The notes under the pieces are model-generated. The model made no database searches. It worked only from the letters and a program-made list of their open reading frames with translations, and was not told the origin of the DNA. From the NCBI GenBank assembly GCA_012295275.1, contig CM022667.1, positions 6,324,001 to 6,388,000 on the forward strand: a stretch of 64,000 nt of DNA, in the 5' to 3' direction. The DNA comes from Chrysomallon squamiferum (lineage: Eukaryota; Animalia; Mollusca). The position numbers and the translations under genes are program-made. This document shows positions 1 to 13,139 of this stretch, piece after piece (position 1 is the stretch's first letter; each line of letters starts with the position of its first letter).

Positions 1-259
1 ATGAGTATTAATAAATGATTCATGACCTTCTAAAATAGTGCTTCTGAATCTTTATATTCATATTATAAGCTCTTCTCCCCAGCAGTCATATGGAAATGTT
101 CCACTACAATATATTTATGTAATCCTATATCTCTTATAATGGAGGATATTTTAATTCATTCATGAGCTTTACGTTCTTTTATTCAATTTTTGGAACAGTG
201 AAGACATTTATGAGAGTTGGGAACTGCCCTTACCATTTCAACATGTAAATGCTAAGTCT

Positions 260-299
<40 letters not shown>

Positions 300-710
300 A
301 ATTTGTATCAGCTCATAAATAGTTGATATTTATTTTGCTATTTTATTAAATAATAAAAAAATAGTTAGGTGTACAATATAATTAATACCTGTACAGGAGT
401 AAAACAACTGATCACCAAACAAACACAGGTGAATAATCAGAGTTTAGGTTTATTAATAGTTTAGTTTATACTAGTGTCAAGTTTAATTTGTATTATTAGC
501 TTCAAATACATTAAAATTTTTTTTTTTTTTAAAACACATGGTATACATATCAGAAGACTAGCAAAACTTCATAATAACCTGTTATATATAAGTAGTGCTA
601 GATTTCACTGAAATAGTATATTTTTCTTTGACTTCAACTCAAAAAGTCCACCAGTCTAAATATCTTAAAAAGATGTATGTCAGAAAATATATATATATCT
701 GCTTGTGTGT

Positions 711-714
<4 letters not shown>

Positions 715-780
<66 letters not shown>
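715..780. repeat. (CA)n microsatellite
   Basis: Direct read. Confidence 0.95.
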
Positions 781-787
<7 letters not shown>

Positions 788-1615
788 GAAGGTTAAATAT
801 TATGTAGGAGATAAGCTTCCTCAGTGGATTTGCAAGGTAGAACAAAAGCACCCAGTGAAAAAAACAACGAAAGAAAACAAGGTTTGACAAACAGCCCACC
901 CAAAGATAAAAACAACTTTTCAAACAAGCACTAAAATCGTACATACTACATATCTTATGTTTACCCAAAATTTCTATAGTAATAATCCCAATTAAGATAA
1001 AGGATACCAATGAAAATTTATATCAAAGCATAATGAGATAATGTATCTTTGAATCCTGACTATAATTTCTGAAAGTAATATAGAATGCAACTGTCTCTGA
1101 CAAAATTGCTTCTTGTTTTGTAAGATATGCTATGTCTGTAGTATTTCATATTACTATGGAAAAAAAAGAATCACATATATCACACTAATTATAAAGTATT
1201 TTGTATTAAGATCACAGATAAGTAATGCACAGATTCTAACTCATCAAAATATTACTGAAAGCTCAGATGAGAAACTGTACTGGGGTGTCTTTTCACCTAA
1301 CTTGATTTCTGACTGAGGTCTTTTGTCATACCTTATACTTTTAATGTTGGGGGAGGGGGAATTTGTACACCTGTGTATTTTTGTCCCTATTAAGTTAAAA
1401 ATTAGCATAGTTTCCTTGAAAATCAATATATCTCATGGTTATAAAAGCAGTAATAGTTGTTTTTAATGCATATTACATATAAGCAAATATAATATACACC
1501 TTAACACATAGATGTTAATGGCAGTTATCTTTAGCAAATTAAAAGATCACATTGTTATTATTATTATTATTATTATTATTTTTATTTTTATTTTTATTAT
1601 GGTTATTATTTCAAG

Positions 1616-1862
1616 TATTGTGTTGTATTCAGTTTACCAGGAAATGTTGAAGAAGGGGAAGATTTGAATGTAAACTGTGTTGCTGTCTGCAAGCCGCCAT
1701 GTTTGTTTTCCTGGTCTCTTAACAATCAACAGACTGAGTCAGGGTCTGAGCTCAGTGTTACAAATGTGAGAAGAAACCAGACAGGACAGAAGTACACATG
1801 TACTGTGACTAACAGAGTCTCAGCCAAATCTCTCACTAAAAGTTTCACTCTGAAAGTTCACT
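1616..1862 (+). pseudogene. Receptor A Ig (C2/I-like) exon
   Basis: SLPGNVEEGEDLNVNCVAVCKPPCLFSW...TGQKYTCTVTN...LKVH, donor gtgagt at 1863; 5' boundary degraded (no phase-1 AG). Confidence 0.8.
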
Positions 1863-3342
1863 GTGAGTTTTGTTTAAAACTAATCTTAGAAATGTATTTA
1901 TTTGTAACTGATGAAAATTAATTTTGTGTATGTTTTCATTTTTATTATTATTGTAGTTGTTGTTTGAAGTAGTAGTTGTACTAGTAGTGGTGGTGTTGGT
2001 GTCTTTATTGTTTGTATTGTTATTTCTGTTATTATTATTGCTCTTGTTGTTGTTAGGTAATCAGTGATAGCTGTGTAAAATAAGACAAATATAGCATTGA
2101 TACAAATATTTGTATATTTCAGTTTTATCGCATCACAAATGAGTCAGTGTAATGACATGCTGATAGCTGCATTCATTTCTTTCAATTTGCTTGTCACTTA
2201 AGACAAAACCAAAAGGATAAGGCTATCTACAGAAACAGCAATAATTTATTTTTTGTTTCATTTTGATGAAAACATATTAAAACAAAATAGTTTACAGAGA
2301 ACATTATAATTTTTCCACTGTAATAAAAGATTCCACTGTTACAAATGGGTTGTGTTTGTTACTTTCCATTGTTGTTATTTAAAATGTTTATATGTTATAC
2401 TTTCTAGGTATTGTGTTACTTGGTAAATCCATTTTATCACACCTTTTCCTAGCCAGTAAAATATGAGTTATTGTTCAAAGACTGTTATTGTCTTTTCTTT
2501 TTCAGGATAAACTTTAAATAAAATATGTCTCCCTTCTTCAGTAACACACACACACACAGCAAACATTTTAATATATTTGTATTTTCAGATTGTTTTAAGT
2601 TAAATAAATTTAGAAATTTATTAATTTATAACTCATCTAAATTATTATTATTAGATTTAGTAGTAGTAACTGCATTATTAGTAATACTAGTAATAGTAAT
2701 GGTGTCATTGTTCTAATGTTCTTCTTCTTGTTGAGAGGTGACCAGTGACAGTGTTATATAAAATAAGACAATAAAATAGCATTTGTACAAAATATTTGCA
2801 TATTTTAATTTTTCAATATAATGATTATATACTGACAGCTGGATATGTTTCTTTGAATTTGCTTGATACACACAATTAAAACAAAGACAAAACCCAAAGT
2901 TCAAGGCTGTATGTAGAAGCAGCAATAATCTCATTTTTGATTAATTTGTAATAAAACAGGATTATTAGAGAAATAGATATTAGCATATATCTTTGTTTTG
3001 AAACACATAGAAAAGGCCTTAAAGATTTATTTAATAACATAATTTATTGCAATCAGATAACATTACAATTTGTTGACTGTAATAAAGGATTCCACTGCTA
3101 GTAATAATAGCAGTACTAGATCCTTGGAAGCTGGACTCTTTTCTTACTTAAAATTGGTAAAAAAAAATAACACTCAAATGAATCACTTGACATTATGTTA
3201 TTTTTACTTTAATTGTCTGCATGATCCTTAAATAAAACATTTCTCTCTTCTTTGAGAACACACACACACACACACACATATTGATGTCCAGTTTTTTAAT
3301 ACAGATAGGAAACATTATTAATTAATTTATTACTATTTTCAG

Positions 3343-3596
3343 TTGGTCCAGAAAACATTAAACTGAACAGAAGTTCATCAGTAGAGGTAGTAGAAGGTAA
3401 AAACATGGCTGTTTTGTGTGATGCAGACTGTGATGAAGTCTGCTGTTACAAGTGGAAGTGTCAGACAAAGGAAATAAACGATGCTGTACTTTCTTTTACA
3501 CAAATACTCAGACAGAGGCTGGAGTCTGTGTGCGTATTGTCACCAATGTAAACACAACCAAGTCACAAAACAAAACTGTTACCTTGGATGTTCAGT
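3343..3596 (+). pseudogene. Receptor A Ig exon (frameshifted)
   Basis: ttcag|xGPENIKLNRSSSVEVVEGKNMAVLCDADC..YKW..; after 1-nt frameshift TEAGVCVRIVTN..TVTLDVQ; F-strand YxC degraded; donor gcaagt. Confidence 0.8.
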
Positions 3597-3840
3597 GCAA
3601 GTAAACTTACAGAATTTGATTTTCAAACATAATTGCTGCTTGAACATTAATATAGTGTTAAACAATTATATAAATGAATAAAGAAATGAATAATGTTCTT
3701 CAAAAAAAAAAATAATAATATGCTTTATGCACTTATTCAGACTCAGCAAAACAAAAGAAACATTTGAAGAAATTAAATGTATACCAATTCAGTTCTACTC
3801 AATTACTAGACATTCTTAAAAGTTGTTTTACCTGAACTGT

Positions 3841-4119
3841 ATATGACTTCAATAACTTCTTTCACTTTAAACCCAAAGTCTACAAAGATAACAGTTGATG
3901 AACTGACTCCTGTGTCTCTGAGATGTGAAGTTGACAGTAATCCAGCATCTCACATCAAACTGTTAAACAACTCACACATTCTACGTGAAGTGAAAAACTC
4001 CAAGTCTGTGGAGTACAGCTGGAATGAAGCTGGATGTCTGGATACAGGATTTTACACTTGCAAAGCAGGAAACAACATCAAGTCTGATGTCAGTCAAAGT
4101 GTGCACCTTAACGTTACAT
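3841..4119 (+). pseudogene. Receptor A Ig (I-set-like) exon
   Basis: ORF TSITSF..VSLRCEVDSNPAS...CLDTGFYTCKAGN..LNVT, donor gtatgt at 4120; acceptor uncertain (possibly AG at 3821-3822, in frame). Confidence 0.85.
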
Positions 4120-5360
4120 GTATGTTATTTAATTTTCTTTCATTTATTAGATGTTTTTGCACTTATGTAGACTGTGACATGTAATTTAATTGAATTATTA
4201 TTTTGAAATAACTGATATATATATTCCATCATTTGTTCTGATCAGTGTGTCCAGTGGAAATACACTGTGTATCACAAGTTGAAGTTTGGATTATAGTGAA
4301 TATCTTCTGAACCTGTGACAAAGATAGATAATCTTGTCTTTGTTTAACATAAAACGTGATCGATTGTGAACCTGTGGTTCATTTGTGTATACTAAGTACA
4401 CATACTATATTAGAGTACTAATTGTTATATGTATATAATCTTCAGATTATCTAGTTTCTATATGTGAGATAGACGGAAAATAGAATAACGACAACAATTA
4501 AACAAATATGGATTAATAATTATAATCAGTAAATAAACTGCCTTCAACTGCAGAACTATTCGTATAGTTAAAGTTCTCTTTGACCATCCATTTACTAGAA
4601 AATTATGAAATTTTAACACAAGTTTTAAATTTTATAGTTACATTAATTAGCAGTTAAAATGTGGAAAGTTTAGTGTGACAAACCAACAGAACTTTAAAAT
4701 TTGTCCACCTTTGTCGCATCTTTCTTCTTTGTTTCTATGGTTTTCACCAGTTTCCATAGGAATCTATGGGCTTTGTTGTTTAAATTCAAGTTGTTGTTGA
4801 GAAAATGACAAGGTAACAGCTACACATGATAGCATCCCATTTGAAGAACACAGAGGTCATGGGAGAAGAATTTGAAATTTTGGCTTTAATAAACATTTAA
4901 TAGTGTGATGTGGTAAAATACTTTACATGTATACTTAAACTTATATTAACACAATAACTTGATTCTCCCATAATCGATTGTTTCTTTAATTATTTTAACT
5001 GAGGTTTCCCCAAAACAGTATATAATGTATTTGTTTTTATTTTATTTTATGTTAATAAATAACTCAAACTGCATTTTGGTTGATGTGTTATATACATATA
5101 TATTTTGTTTTGTTTTGTTTTACTGATACAATCTAAAATTTACAAATCCCTCTCACAGTCTTCTAAACCCCTAGACATGATAACAAATCTTTTTGCATTG
5201 GCAACATGATAGAAAGGAAAAACAAAAACCCCAATTTAGATCTCAATTTATGAAATTACGTTATTTATTGAGTAATAAAAGAATAAAACATTGTGTTAAT
5301 TAACTCTTCAAGAGTAAGACTGAATAAAATAGTTAAATCTTCAGTAATCTTGTTTTTCAG

Positions 5361-5666
5361 GTTCACCAAGACTGGATCATCGAGTTAAATTTCAGAACAA
5401 ATTTGCTGCTTTAGAAGGTGGAAATGTAATACTGCACTTTTCTGTGATTGCCAATGCAGTTCCAACATTTACCTGATATAAACTCACAGATGTAAACAAT
5501 AAAAGTCTTGGATCTATACAACCTGTAAACACTACAAATGTGTCTGCTGTAGGTGAATATAAACTGACAAATGTTAAACAAGAAGATTTTGGAATTTATC
5601 AGGTTGTTGTGTCAAATGGAGAATCAAGAACAGATCTTGTTATGAAACTAATTCTTACTGCAGAAG
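5361..5666 (+). pseudogene. Receptor A membrane-proximal Ig exon with premature stop
   Basis: ttcag|CSPRLDHR..VIANAVPTFT*YK..LTNVKQEDFGIYQVVVSNG..AE|gtaa; TGA replaces the C-strand Trp codon. Confidence 0.85.
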
Positions 5667-6509
5667 GTAACTGTTATTTTGTTGTAAAAGTAGAGTGAAA
5701 ATATTTAGAATTTTTCCTGTAAAACTTTATCTGCACTTTTGACTAGAAAAACAATAAACAAAAATAAATAAATTAATTAATCAATTAATAAAGCAATAAA
5801 GAATGGAAAAAAAGTAGATATGTCTATTGTTTACCAAGTCAGAAAGGTGTATTTATACACCATTTAATATCATTTCCATCATTCATGAATATTTGTTTCA
5901 TTATTTGTGTAAACAATATTGTAGCCTGTCATAGATATGTTTTAAAGTTTAAGTTCTTTTATGACAAAAATTCTTTCTGATTTGAAAGTCAAGAACATTT
6001 TGTTATCATCTTCCTTGCAAAATATATTACATGAAAAAGGGTGATTTTTCTTTTAGAACCTGTGAATAAAGATTTATTTTCTACTGAAGTAGGATTATAC
6101 ATTTTAAGAACATTTACATTTTCTTATTGTTGGGATATAAGATTTCTAGACTTCAGGATCCTCTAACTTCTACATTTATTGGTATTTTGATATGTGAGAT
6201 AAGTGCGAAAAAAAAAATGTTTTTCAGTTTTATTTATTTATTTTCAAAATGCTGGAAAAATGTTGTATTGACTTTTCAGAACATTCTGGCTCTGGGTGAA
6301 AAATAGTTATCTGCTTTTTAGAATTACAAACCCATAATTTTTTTCAAGAATTAAGGTTTTCCAATTGTTCCTTCTGATATGAGAACTTTTGAGAAAACAT
6401 TCTACTATATATTTGTCTATCACACTATATTTATCAAAGCAAAATATAAATGTAGCTGATATCTTCACTACTGATTATTTATCCATTTAGTAATATTCTA
6501 AACTTGAAG

Positions 6510-6690
6510 GTCCTCCAACTGTTCCCTCTGACGTGAGAACTTGGATCACAGGTCCACATTCAGTGTCAGTGTCTTGGACAGAAGAATTTAATGGAGGATC
6601 ACAACAAACATTTCTTGTACAGTATCGAGCAGACACAACATCTTAGTGGACAAATCTTACTCAACAGTTTGGTGAACAGCATATCAGCTT
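6510..6690 (+). pseudogene. Receptor A fibronectin type III exon (truncated)
   Basis: GPPTVPSDV..SVSVSWTEEFNGGSQQTFLVQYR...S*WT; classic FN3 N-half (W..FNGG..Q.F.VQYR); second half and donor missing. Confidence 0.8.
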
Positions 6691-6811
6691 GTTGGATCTT
6701 CTAATTGTACATGCTGTCTTGATCATCTTTATAAATTATTAACTTTAAGTTTTTATGTAATTAATTTGTTAAACATTTCATACAAATAATTCACATTTTT
6801 CTTATTTATAG

Positions 6812-6939
6812 ATCTGTTAGCAGCAAAAGATCCTGAAAGTTCTAAGATTGTGATGGTTGCAGCTGGTGTTACCACTGGTGTTGTTGTCATTGTCACAGTG
6901 GTTGTTGTTCTACAACATCATCGGACAAAGCTGTTATAG
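6812..6939 (+). pseudogene. Receptor A transmembrane exon
   Basis: atag|DLLAAKDPESSKIVMVAAGVTTGVVVIVTVVVVLQHHRTK..|gtaat; ends in TAG, probably from a frameshift. Confidence 0.75.
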
Positions 6940-7482
6940 GTAATTATTCTCTTTTGTGAACCTTACAATACCCATTTTTGTTTAATAATCTTACTGCTTC
7001 TCTCTAATATATGTGTTTTAAAAAGGAGAATCTGAAATATGTGTTTGTCTGAGAGGCATAAAATGATATTAAGTGTTGTCTAGGACTGAATGGTTTCAAA
7101 CTGAAGTATCAGCTTGTTTTTTTTTGTTTTTTTCATTTGGTTAATTTTTTGAGTGAAGAAATTCATGATCATGTACATTAGACAAATTTGCAAATTAAAA
7201 TATATTAGAAAAGCAGATTTAATGTACTAAGTTCAGCAATCTTATGGTGTTTGTTTTTTAAATTAAAAACAAGCAGTTCATTATTGTTATTTTTATGCAC
7301 ATGTTCCTGGAATGGCAGAGCATTTTAAGTATGGGCAATAATTGTATATTTACCCTCAGCTGATACTTCCTGTTCCTTGGCAAAATGTTTTAATCCAAAT
7401 ATATTATTATTGTTATATCTATATATTTATCTATATCACTCTTATTTTTTACTTTTATTTTTTATTTTTTAATGTTTTGCAG

Positions 7483-7575
7483 CTAATGATTCAAATGTGT
7501 TGTATTCAGTAGTAAATAAAATAAAAAGAGCTGGAACCAGTAGTTCAACAAATCAGCAAACTAATGAAAATACAG
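7483..7575 (+). pseudogene. Receptor A cytoplasmic exon 1 (VLYSVV, ITIM consensus)
   Basis: gcag|NDSNVLYSVVNKIKRAG..ENT|gtaat, 93 nt, phase 1-1. Confidence 0.75.
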
Positions 7576-7770
7576 GTAATTTTTTATAATTTTGTCTTAT
7601 TTCTTTTTTTTTCTTTCTTTCCTTTTTTTGTTTCTTTTTTTCTCCTACCTACATTATCATTTACTAATTTTTGTTAAATAAATATTTTGAATAAAACAAA
7701 ACTGTTAAATTGATTTACAGGAAAAAGGTTTATAAGAAACCATTAATTTTATATATTTTATTTTATTTTT

Positions 7771-7809
<39 letters not shown>

Positions 7810-7963
7810 TTTTATTTTATTTTATTTTATTTTATTTTTTTTTTTTTTATTTTTTTGCATCATTTATTTGAATTTTTTTTTTTTTTGTCTTTCTTATAAT
7901 TTCAGTAACAGTAATTGAATTTTTAAAATAATTGAAATGTGCTGATTTGTGTTTGAATTTTAG

Positions 7964-8032
7964 TTGGAAGTGAAAGTGGTGCAGAATACGCCCTAGTGAA
8001 CAAAGACAAGAAACGTAAAGCGGATAACAAAC
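7964..8032 (+). pseudogene. Receptor A cytoplasmic exon 2 (EYALVNK)
   Basis: tttag|GSESGAEYALVNKDKKRKADNK|gtatg, 69 nt, phase 1-1. Confidence 0.7.
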
Positions 8033-8279
8033 GTATGGAAACAGTTCAAAACTTAAACAATAAATATAAGAATGTCTGCATATTAAATAAGTAACTGGTA
8101 TTTAATATGCACTATATTTATATCTTTTTGCAGTAATCTATTTATATCCTTTTTAAATACGTTTTAATTTTTTAATTTCTTACTTATTCATCTTATAAAA
8201 TGTATACAAATATTTCAGTTTTAATGTAATTATAAATCAAATTTTTTCTTAGCATGCTAATATTAACTGGGCAAAATCC

Positions 8280-8745
8280 ATGCTAACCAAAGAAGATCCT
8301 GAACGTTGTTTTTCAGGGCATTTCTCAGTTAGATATGTTGACTGTACTGGCCCTGCACAATACAATTGTTTTCATCAGAGAGTATCACTTTTCTCCAGGC
8401 TTCACATGTCCAGCTGTTTTATTTCCTTGCCCAGTGCAAACATTTCTGCATCATCTTTGGTGTCTGCACTTGCTTCTTCTTAGGTCATTTTAATACCTAA
8501 CAAACATCTATGAGACAACCCTGGTGACACCAATGTAGGCTAAATCTTTCCATGTGTCATCACCGTTTTCACTGGAGTCTCTTTACTTTGGCAGACCAAT
8601 GAGATGTCAGTGATCCAGGGGTCAGACATTGCTTTATAATCTTGGAGAAGACCAACACCAACATCACTGCAGTCTTGTGACATTTCACAGTGCAGGCTGA
8701 GCACTGAAATTGCGTACACTTACTTGTACTGACGTCCATTAATTG
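8280..8745 (-). mobile_element. Tc1-like transposase remnant in intron
   Basis: Minus strand reads TPKMMQKCLHWARK*NSWTCEAWRKVILSDEN, matching the Tc1 W..V.FSDES region. Confidence 0.65.
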
Positions 8746-8830
8746 TGAAAACATGATGTGATATAAATTAACTAATGGCAGTGTTCCAATCTGTTTGCAC
8801 AAAGCTCTACATACATGTGTTTACTTACAG

Positions 8831-8938
8831 CTGGTCCTTCTTCCTCGGCTGATCTCTATGCAGTTGTGGACAAAACAAAGAAACCTGCAGCAGTTAAAAA
8901 ACAAAAAGTGAAACCTAAACAGAGGAAAAAGACAAATG
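8831..8938 (+). pseudogene. Receptor A cytoplasmic exon 3 (DLYAVVDK)
   Basis: tacag|GPSSSADLYAVVDKTKKP...KKTN|gtat, 108 nt, phase 1-1. Confidence 0.75.
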
Positions 8939-9303
8939 GTATAATACAATACTTATAATTAAAACACATCTAAGATATCTGGCATACAATATAATAACAA
9001 CTAAATACCATTTGTTTAATAAATTCATAATAATAACTTTTGCTTTTGTCATCAATTACTCTTGACTGTGTTGCCTTGTGATTTGATGTTGATAAACATC
9101 TTCTTTATAAAATATATTTTATTGATTACTTTCAAAATTATATTAATAGAAAAAACATATTGAAAAATGCAAGATTATTATTAATCATTTTAAGATGCAG
9201 CATTTATGGGAAGTTTTAAAATATATTTTATTACTAAAATATCAATGTAATCATGAGGTGTTATAAAAAGTAAATGTTCTGAATTTTATTTTAAAACACG
9301 TAG

Positions 9304-9386
9304 ATGAAAAACACACCTATGGAAATGACAATATGGTCTTTGTTAAGGACAAGAAACAGAAAAAGCCTCAAAAAGAGAAACCTCAG
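9304..9386 (+). pseudogene. Receptor A cytoplasmic exon 4 (TYGN)
   Basis: tag|EKHTYGNDNM..EKPQ|gtaagt; phase 1-0, matching next exon. Confidence 0.7.
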
Positions 9387-9551
9387 GTAAGTACATATAT
9401 TTTCTATATTTTGAACTTCATTTTAAGTAAATGTGTATAATTTAATATTTCTTTGTTACAACTAAACCAGCATCACCACAAAAATGTATTTTAAATATTT
9501 AAAAAGTTAAATAAGTTAAATAAAATAAAATGATTTTCATTGTTTTTACAG

Positions 9552-9738
9552 CCAGCAACAGCTAAAAGAAGAAATGAACGTCAGCTGGTTTACACTGAAG
9601 TTGAGTTTACAAATGAGAAAATGTCACAGCCCATCTTCAAAAAAAGAAGAACTGACAGTGTACATTCAGATTGACTTCTCAAAGAAAGCCCCACAGTTGT
9701 CTGATGACAATGTCAATACTCAAAATGCAAATGACTAA
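9552..9738 (+). pseudogene. Receptor A terminal exon with ITIM + ITSM
   Basis: PATAKRRNERQLVYTEVEF..PIFKK; removing one A from A7 (paralogue at 61190 has A6) gives EELTVYIQIDFSKKAP..ND*. Confidence 0.8.
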
Positions 9739-11210
9739 AGTTAATATCCCAAGAAAACAATATCATATTAAAAAAGTAATAAATTAATGCCACTGTTGAA
9801 AATATACAGAACACAATTTGAAAAGGTTCTTAAAAGAAATAAATAAATAAATAATAATATTCATAGAGTCAAATAGAAAACAAAATACATAAGCATACTG
9901 TATGAAAAGAAACAAAAATAGTAAAATTAATACATATAGGAGTTTTATACCAAACTGTAGTGCAAAGTGTAAAAATCAACTTGTATTCATAACAACATTA
10001 AAAGGTGCCTTATATTATTGTTTTTATTTTTATCCTCTGTTTTGACTTTTTTATTTTTTATTTTGACTTTTTATTTTTACCAATAAGAAAAGTGAAAAAT
10101 TAGCTGAGCATGCCATTTTTCTATTGTTTGATATCATGCTATAAGAGAGTTCAAAAAGCAGGAAACATGACAGTATTAAAATATTTTCTTAAATGTATAA
10201 TATGTCCTAATCAGTTATTAAAGAAGACAGAACAAAAAAAAAGTAAATTACTTAGAAGTGTAAATAAAATTTAAGTGGAAGTAGTTAAAAAATTCGAGAT
10301 TTGTATAATATGTTAATATATTATAAAATAAAATATATATGATTGAAATTGATACCTACAGTATGGTTTGAATAATGATCAAATAATAATAATAATAATT
10401 ATAATAATAACAAAAATCATAAATTAACTAAATATAAAATATGAAAGCATTATTGTGATATTTGCTTATAGATGTTGAATTAATGCAGAGTATTTTTGAT
10501 TTTCCAATATTTATTTTTATGTAATTATTTATTTTATTCTATTTTTATTATTTTTATACTTTTTTATTATTATTGTGTGTTTTTGCTATTCAGAATATAT
10601 TGAAAACACATCTAATTGGTTTAATTTAATCAGTATTTATTTTGTGTGTATATGTATGTTTCATTCTATTATTTTTCAACTTTTCTGTTTTAGTCTTTGT
10701 TATATGTAAACATTACTTAGTGTAGTACATAGATACTTTAGATTACTAGAACATACTGAATATTAATTTAGTAACAACATTTAATAAAATACTTTAGAAA
10801 TAATTTTATATGAATGTCATATAATGACTAGGTGTAATCTTAAAATGTAAACTGTTTTCTAAATTATAAATCAGTTTTCTGTTGTTGATAACTAAAATCA
10901 GTCAGATAGATGTGTATAGTTTATGTTCTGCTGATGAATGCTTTTGTAAATATTATCTTATCTGCATTAATACCATTACCAAAAATATTTCCTTGTTTGG
11001 ACTTAATTAATCCAATAGTCATTTTTGTATGTAATTAATTACACTGGACAGAGAAAGTATTAAATATATATAATTTAATAATTCATTTTGTTATTTTGTT
11101 TACTTATCTCACACTCACACACATTTTTGTATATCTTAGATAATTCAGTTAGATCCCTGAATTTGTCCAATTTTGAGATGGGACTTTAAGGATAATCAGG
11201 CAGAGATAAA

Positions 11211-11251
<41 letters not shown>

Positions 11252-12069
11252 AATAAACCAGTCAGGAAGAAATAAATGAATAGAAAAGCATAAACTACTG
11301 AGTTGCCTTCATTATCAGCAGCAAGATCTACATTGTGTAAGTCTGTGCTCATACACATTCAGATGGCCTTCCATTTAACAGACAAAAAGGGGGAAAAGCT
11401 TGTCCTGAAAATAAATTAAAATCTCAGTTTATCAGAATTAGAGGACCATGGACAGACTATGAATTGCCAGATGTAAAGAAATGTCAGAGGTCTGGTTGTT
11501 AGGTTGATGACTGTTGTTTGTGGTTACAATAAACATTCTGTGACCTGTGAACTTTAACTTTGAAATATATTGACAGTATAAAATAATTTCTGAACTCTCA
11601 CTTTTGATAAACAAATTTGGAATATCTTTCAATGGAGTGAACAATTAACATTTGATTATTCTTTGAATTCTGAACAGAACTTTATTTAATTTTTCTTGAA
11701 CTTTCAGTTTATAAAATAAAACATACTATGTCTTTATATGACTTGTTTTTTTGGTTTTGGATATATTGATTCTTTTTAACTGTTTAGTTGGATTGGAACA
11801 TACGTTAACCTGGGTTTCTGAACTGTTTATTTTCTAATAGGACACAGTTTAATTACATTACTGATATACAAGTTTTGATGGACTGAAAAGTAATAAATAA
11901 ATAAAAAGAATAAGATATACATGATAATTGCCAATTTTGAACATACTACGTATGCCCATTATTACAATGTATTACATTTTATAGTTCACATGATTATTAT
12001 ACTGTTTGAAGACTTTGTTGTTGTTGATGTTGTTTTCTTCTTGCTTTGTCTCTTCTCTTATAATGGATA

Positions 12070-12372
12070 TACAAAATCCAAAACTTAGCAATATATTCAA
12101 AATTGCATCAATCTAAGTGATGTATGTTATAATCTGATACAACTTCTATATCATAATAGCCCCAGGACTTTTTATTCTTTTGCTCATTATATTATAAGAA
12201 TTAACTTTACACCTCATTTTTATCAAAAGGGTATGGCAGAGAATCAGACAAAGACATAACTCAACATTATGGCCTGATCAAATCTTTAACTGGGCGACAT
12301 TGTGCTGGCAGACAGTGGTATTGACATAAAAGAAAATGTTAGGCTACACTGTGCAGATGTGAAAATTGCCAT
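12070..12372 (+). mobile_element. Harbinger/ISL2EU-type DDE_Tnp_4 transposase fragment
   Basis: FLSKGYGRESDKDIT..GDIVLADSGIDIKENVRLHCADVKI resembles GGR.SDK.IT...GD.VLADRGF.I motif. Confidence 0.7.
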
Positions 12373-13139
12373 CCATCTCATGATCAGTTCCCCTTGTTGT
12401 CCGTTTGATGAAAATGACATGCGTCAGAGAATTCAGATTGCAAAACAAATTTATCTTTCTGCAAAATCCACCTGTTTATTTTTATGTCGCAGATTTAAAA
12501 TTGCATAACTAATTGTTACTTCAATCACGTCTGCACATTTTATTTTCATACCATGGAATTCAGAATGCGGAACAAAGTTTAACTTCAATCACATCCATGC
12601 TTTTCATTTTTGCTGCCGATTTTTCAACTCCATGGCATTGTTTTAAAAGAGCCGGCACTTGGTAATTAACCAGAGAAGGAAAAGGCCAACACGAGAATTC
12701 AGTCGGGCAGGGAAACCAATGTTTTTGAATGACGGATGAGTAAGGTAAGCAGGTATCTATTCTTATTTTATAAGCTGTAATGTGCAATTAACCAGTGTCA
12801 ATAACATTTAATATATCTAAAATTTTAACTGTTTAATTCGTCCTTCGTGCAGATTTTTATTTTGTCTTGGTTCTCTGTATGACCTTTCTCGTATCATTAA
12901 TCAAAATTACTTAAATGTATGTTTGATCTTTTGTACAACCATTATTATCAAGTCACCTGTATATCATAATTAAATAATTAACCTGTACCTTAACTTGCGT
13001 TGTGTTTACTTCTCTAGTGGATAGATAGAATTATGGATTGCTGTCAATTCAGCCTTTATATTCCTTGTCAGTGGCCATTAAAGCACCTTCCTATCTTATC
13101 CTAGGCTGAGCCTTAATAAAACATTGAAGCTGTTTAAGG

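Larger units (their letters stand above)
1616..9738 (+). pseudogene. Multi-Ig/FN3/TM inhibitory-type receptor pseudogene (receptor A; 5' part outside window)
   Basis: Chain of mostly phase-1 exons: 4 Ig-like, FN3, TM, 5 cytoplasmic Tyr-motif exons. Lesions: frameshift ~3510, GC donor at 3597, TGA 5474-5476, TAG 6644-6646, truncated FN3, extra A at ~9639-9645. Confidence 0.85.

Noticed and set aside
595-1010. ORFs over the (CA)n tract
   Set aside because: Microsatellite translations.
5474-5476. TGA as selenocysteine/readthrough
   Set aside because: Simple TGG>TGA at a conserved Trp, with several other disabling lesions.
1616-9738. Naming as nephrin, hemicentin, CEACAM or Siglec
   Set aside because: Only generic domain similarity; orthology not supportable.
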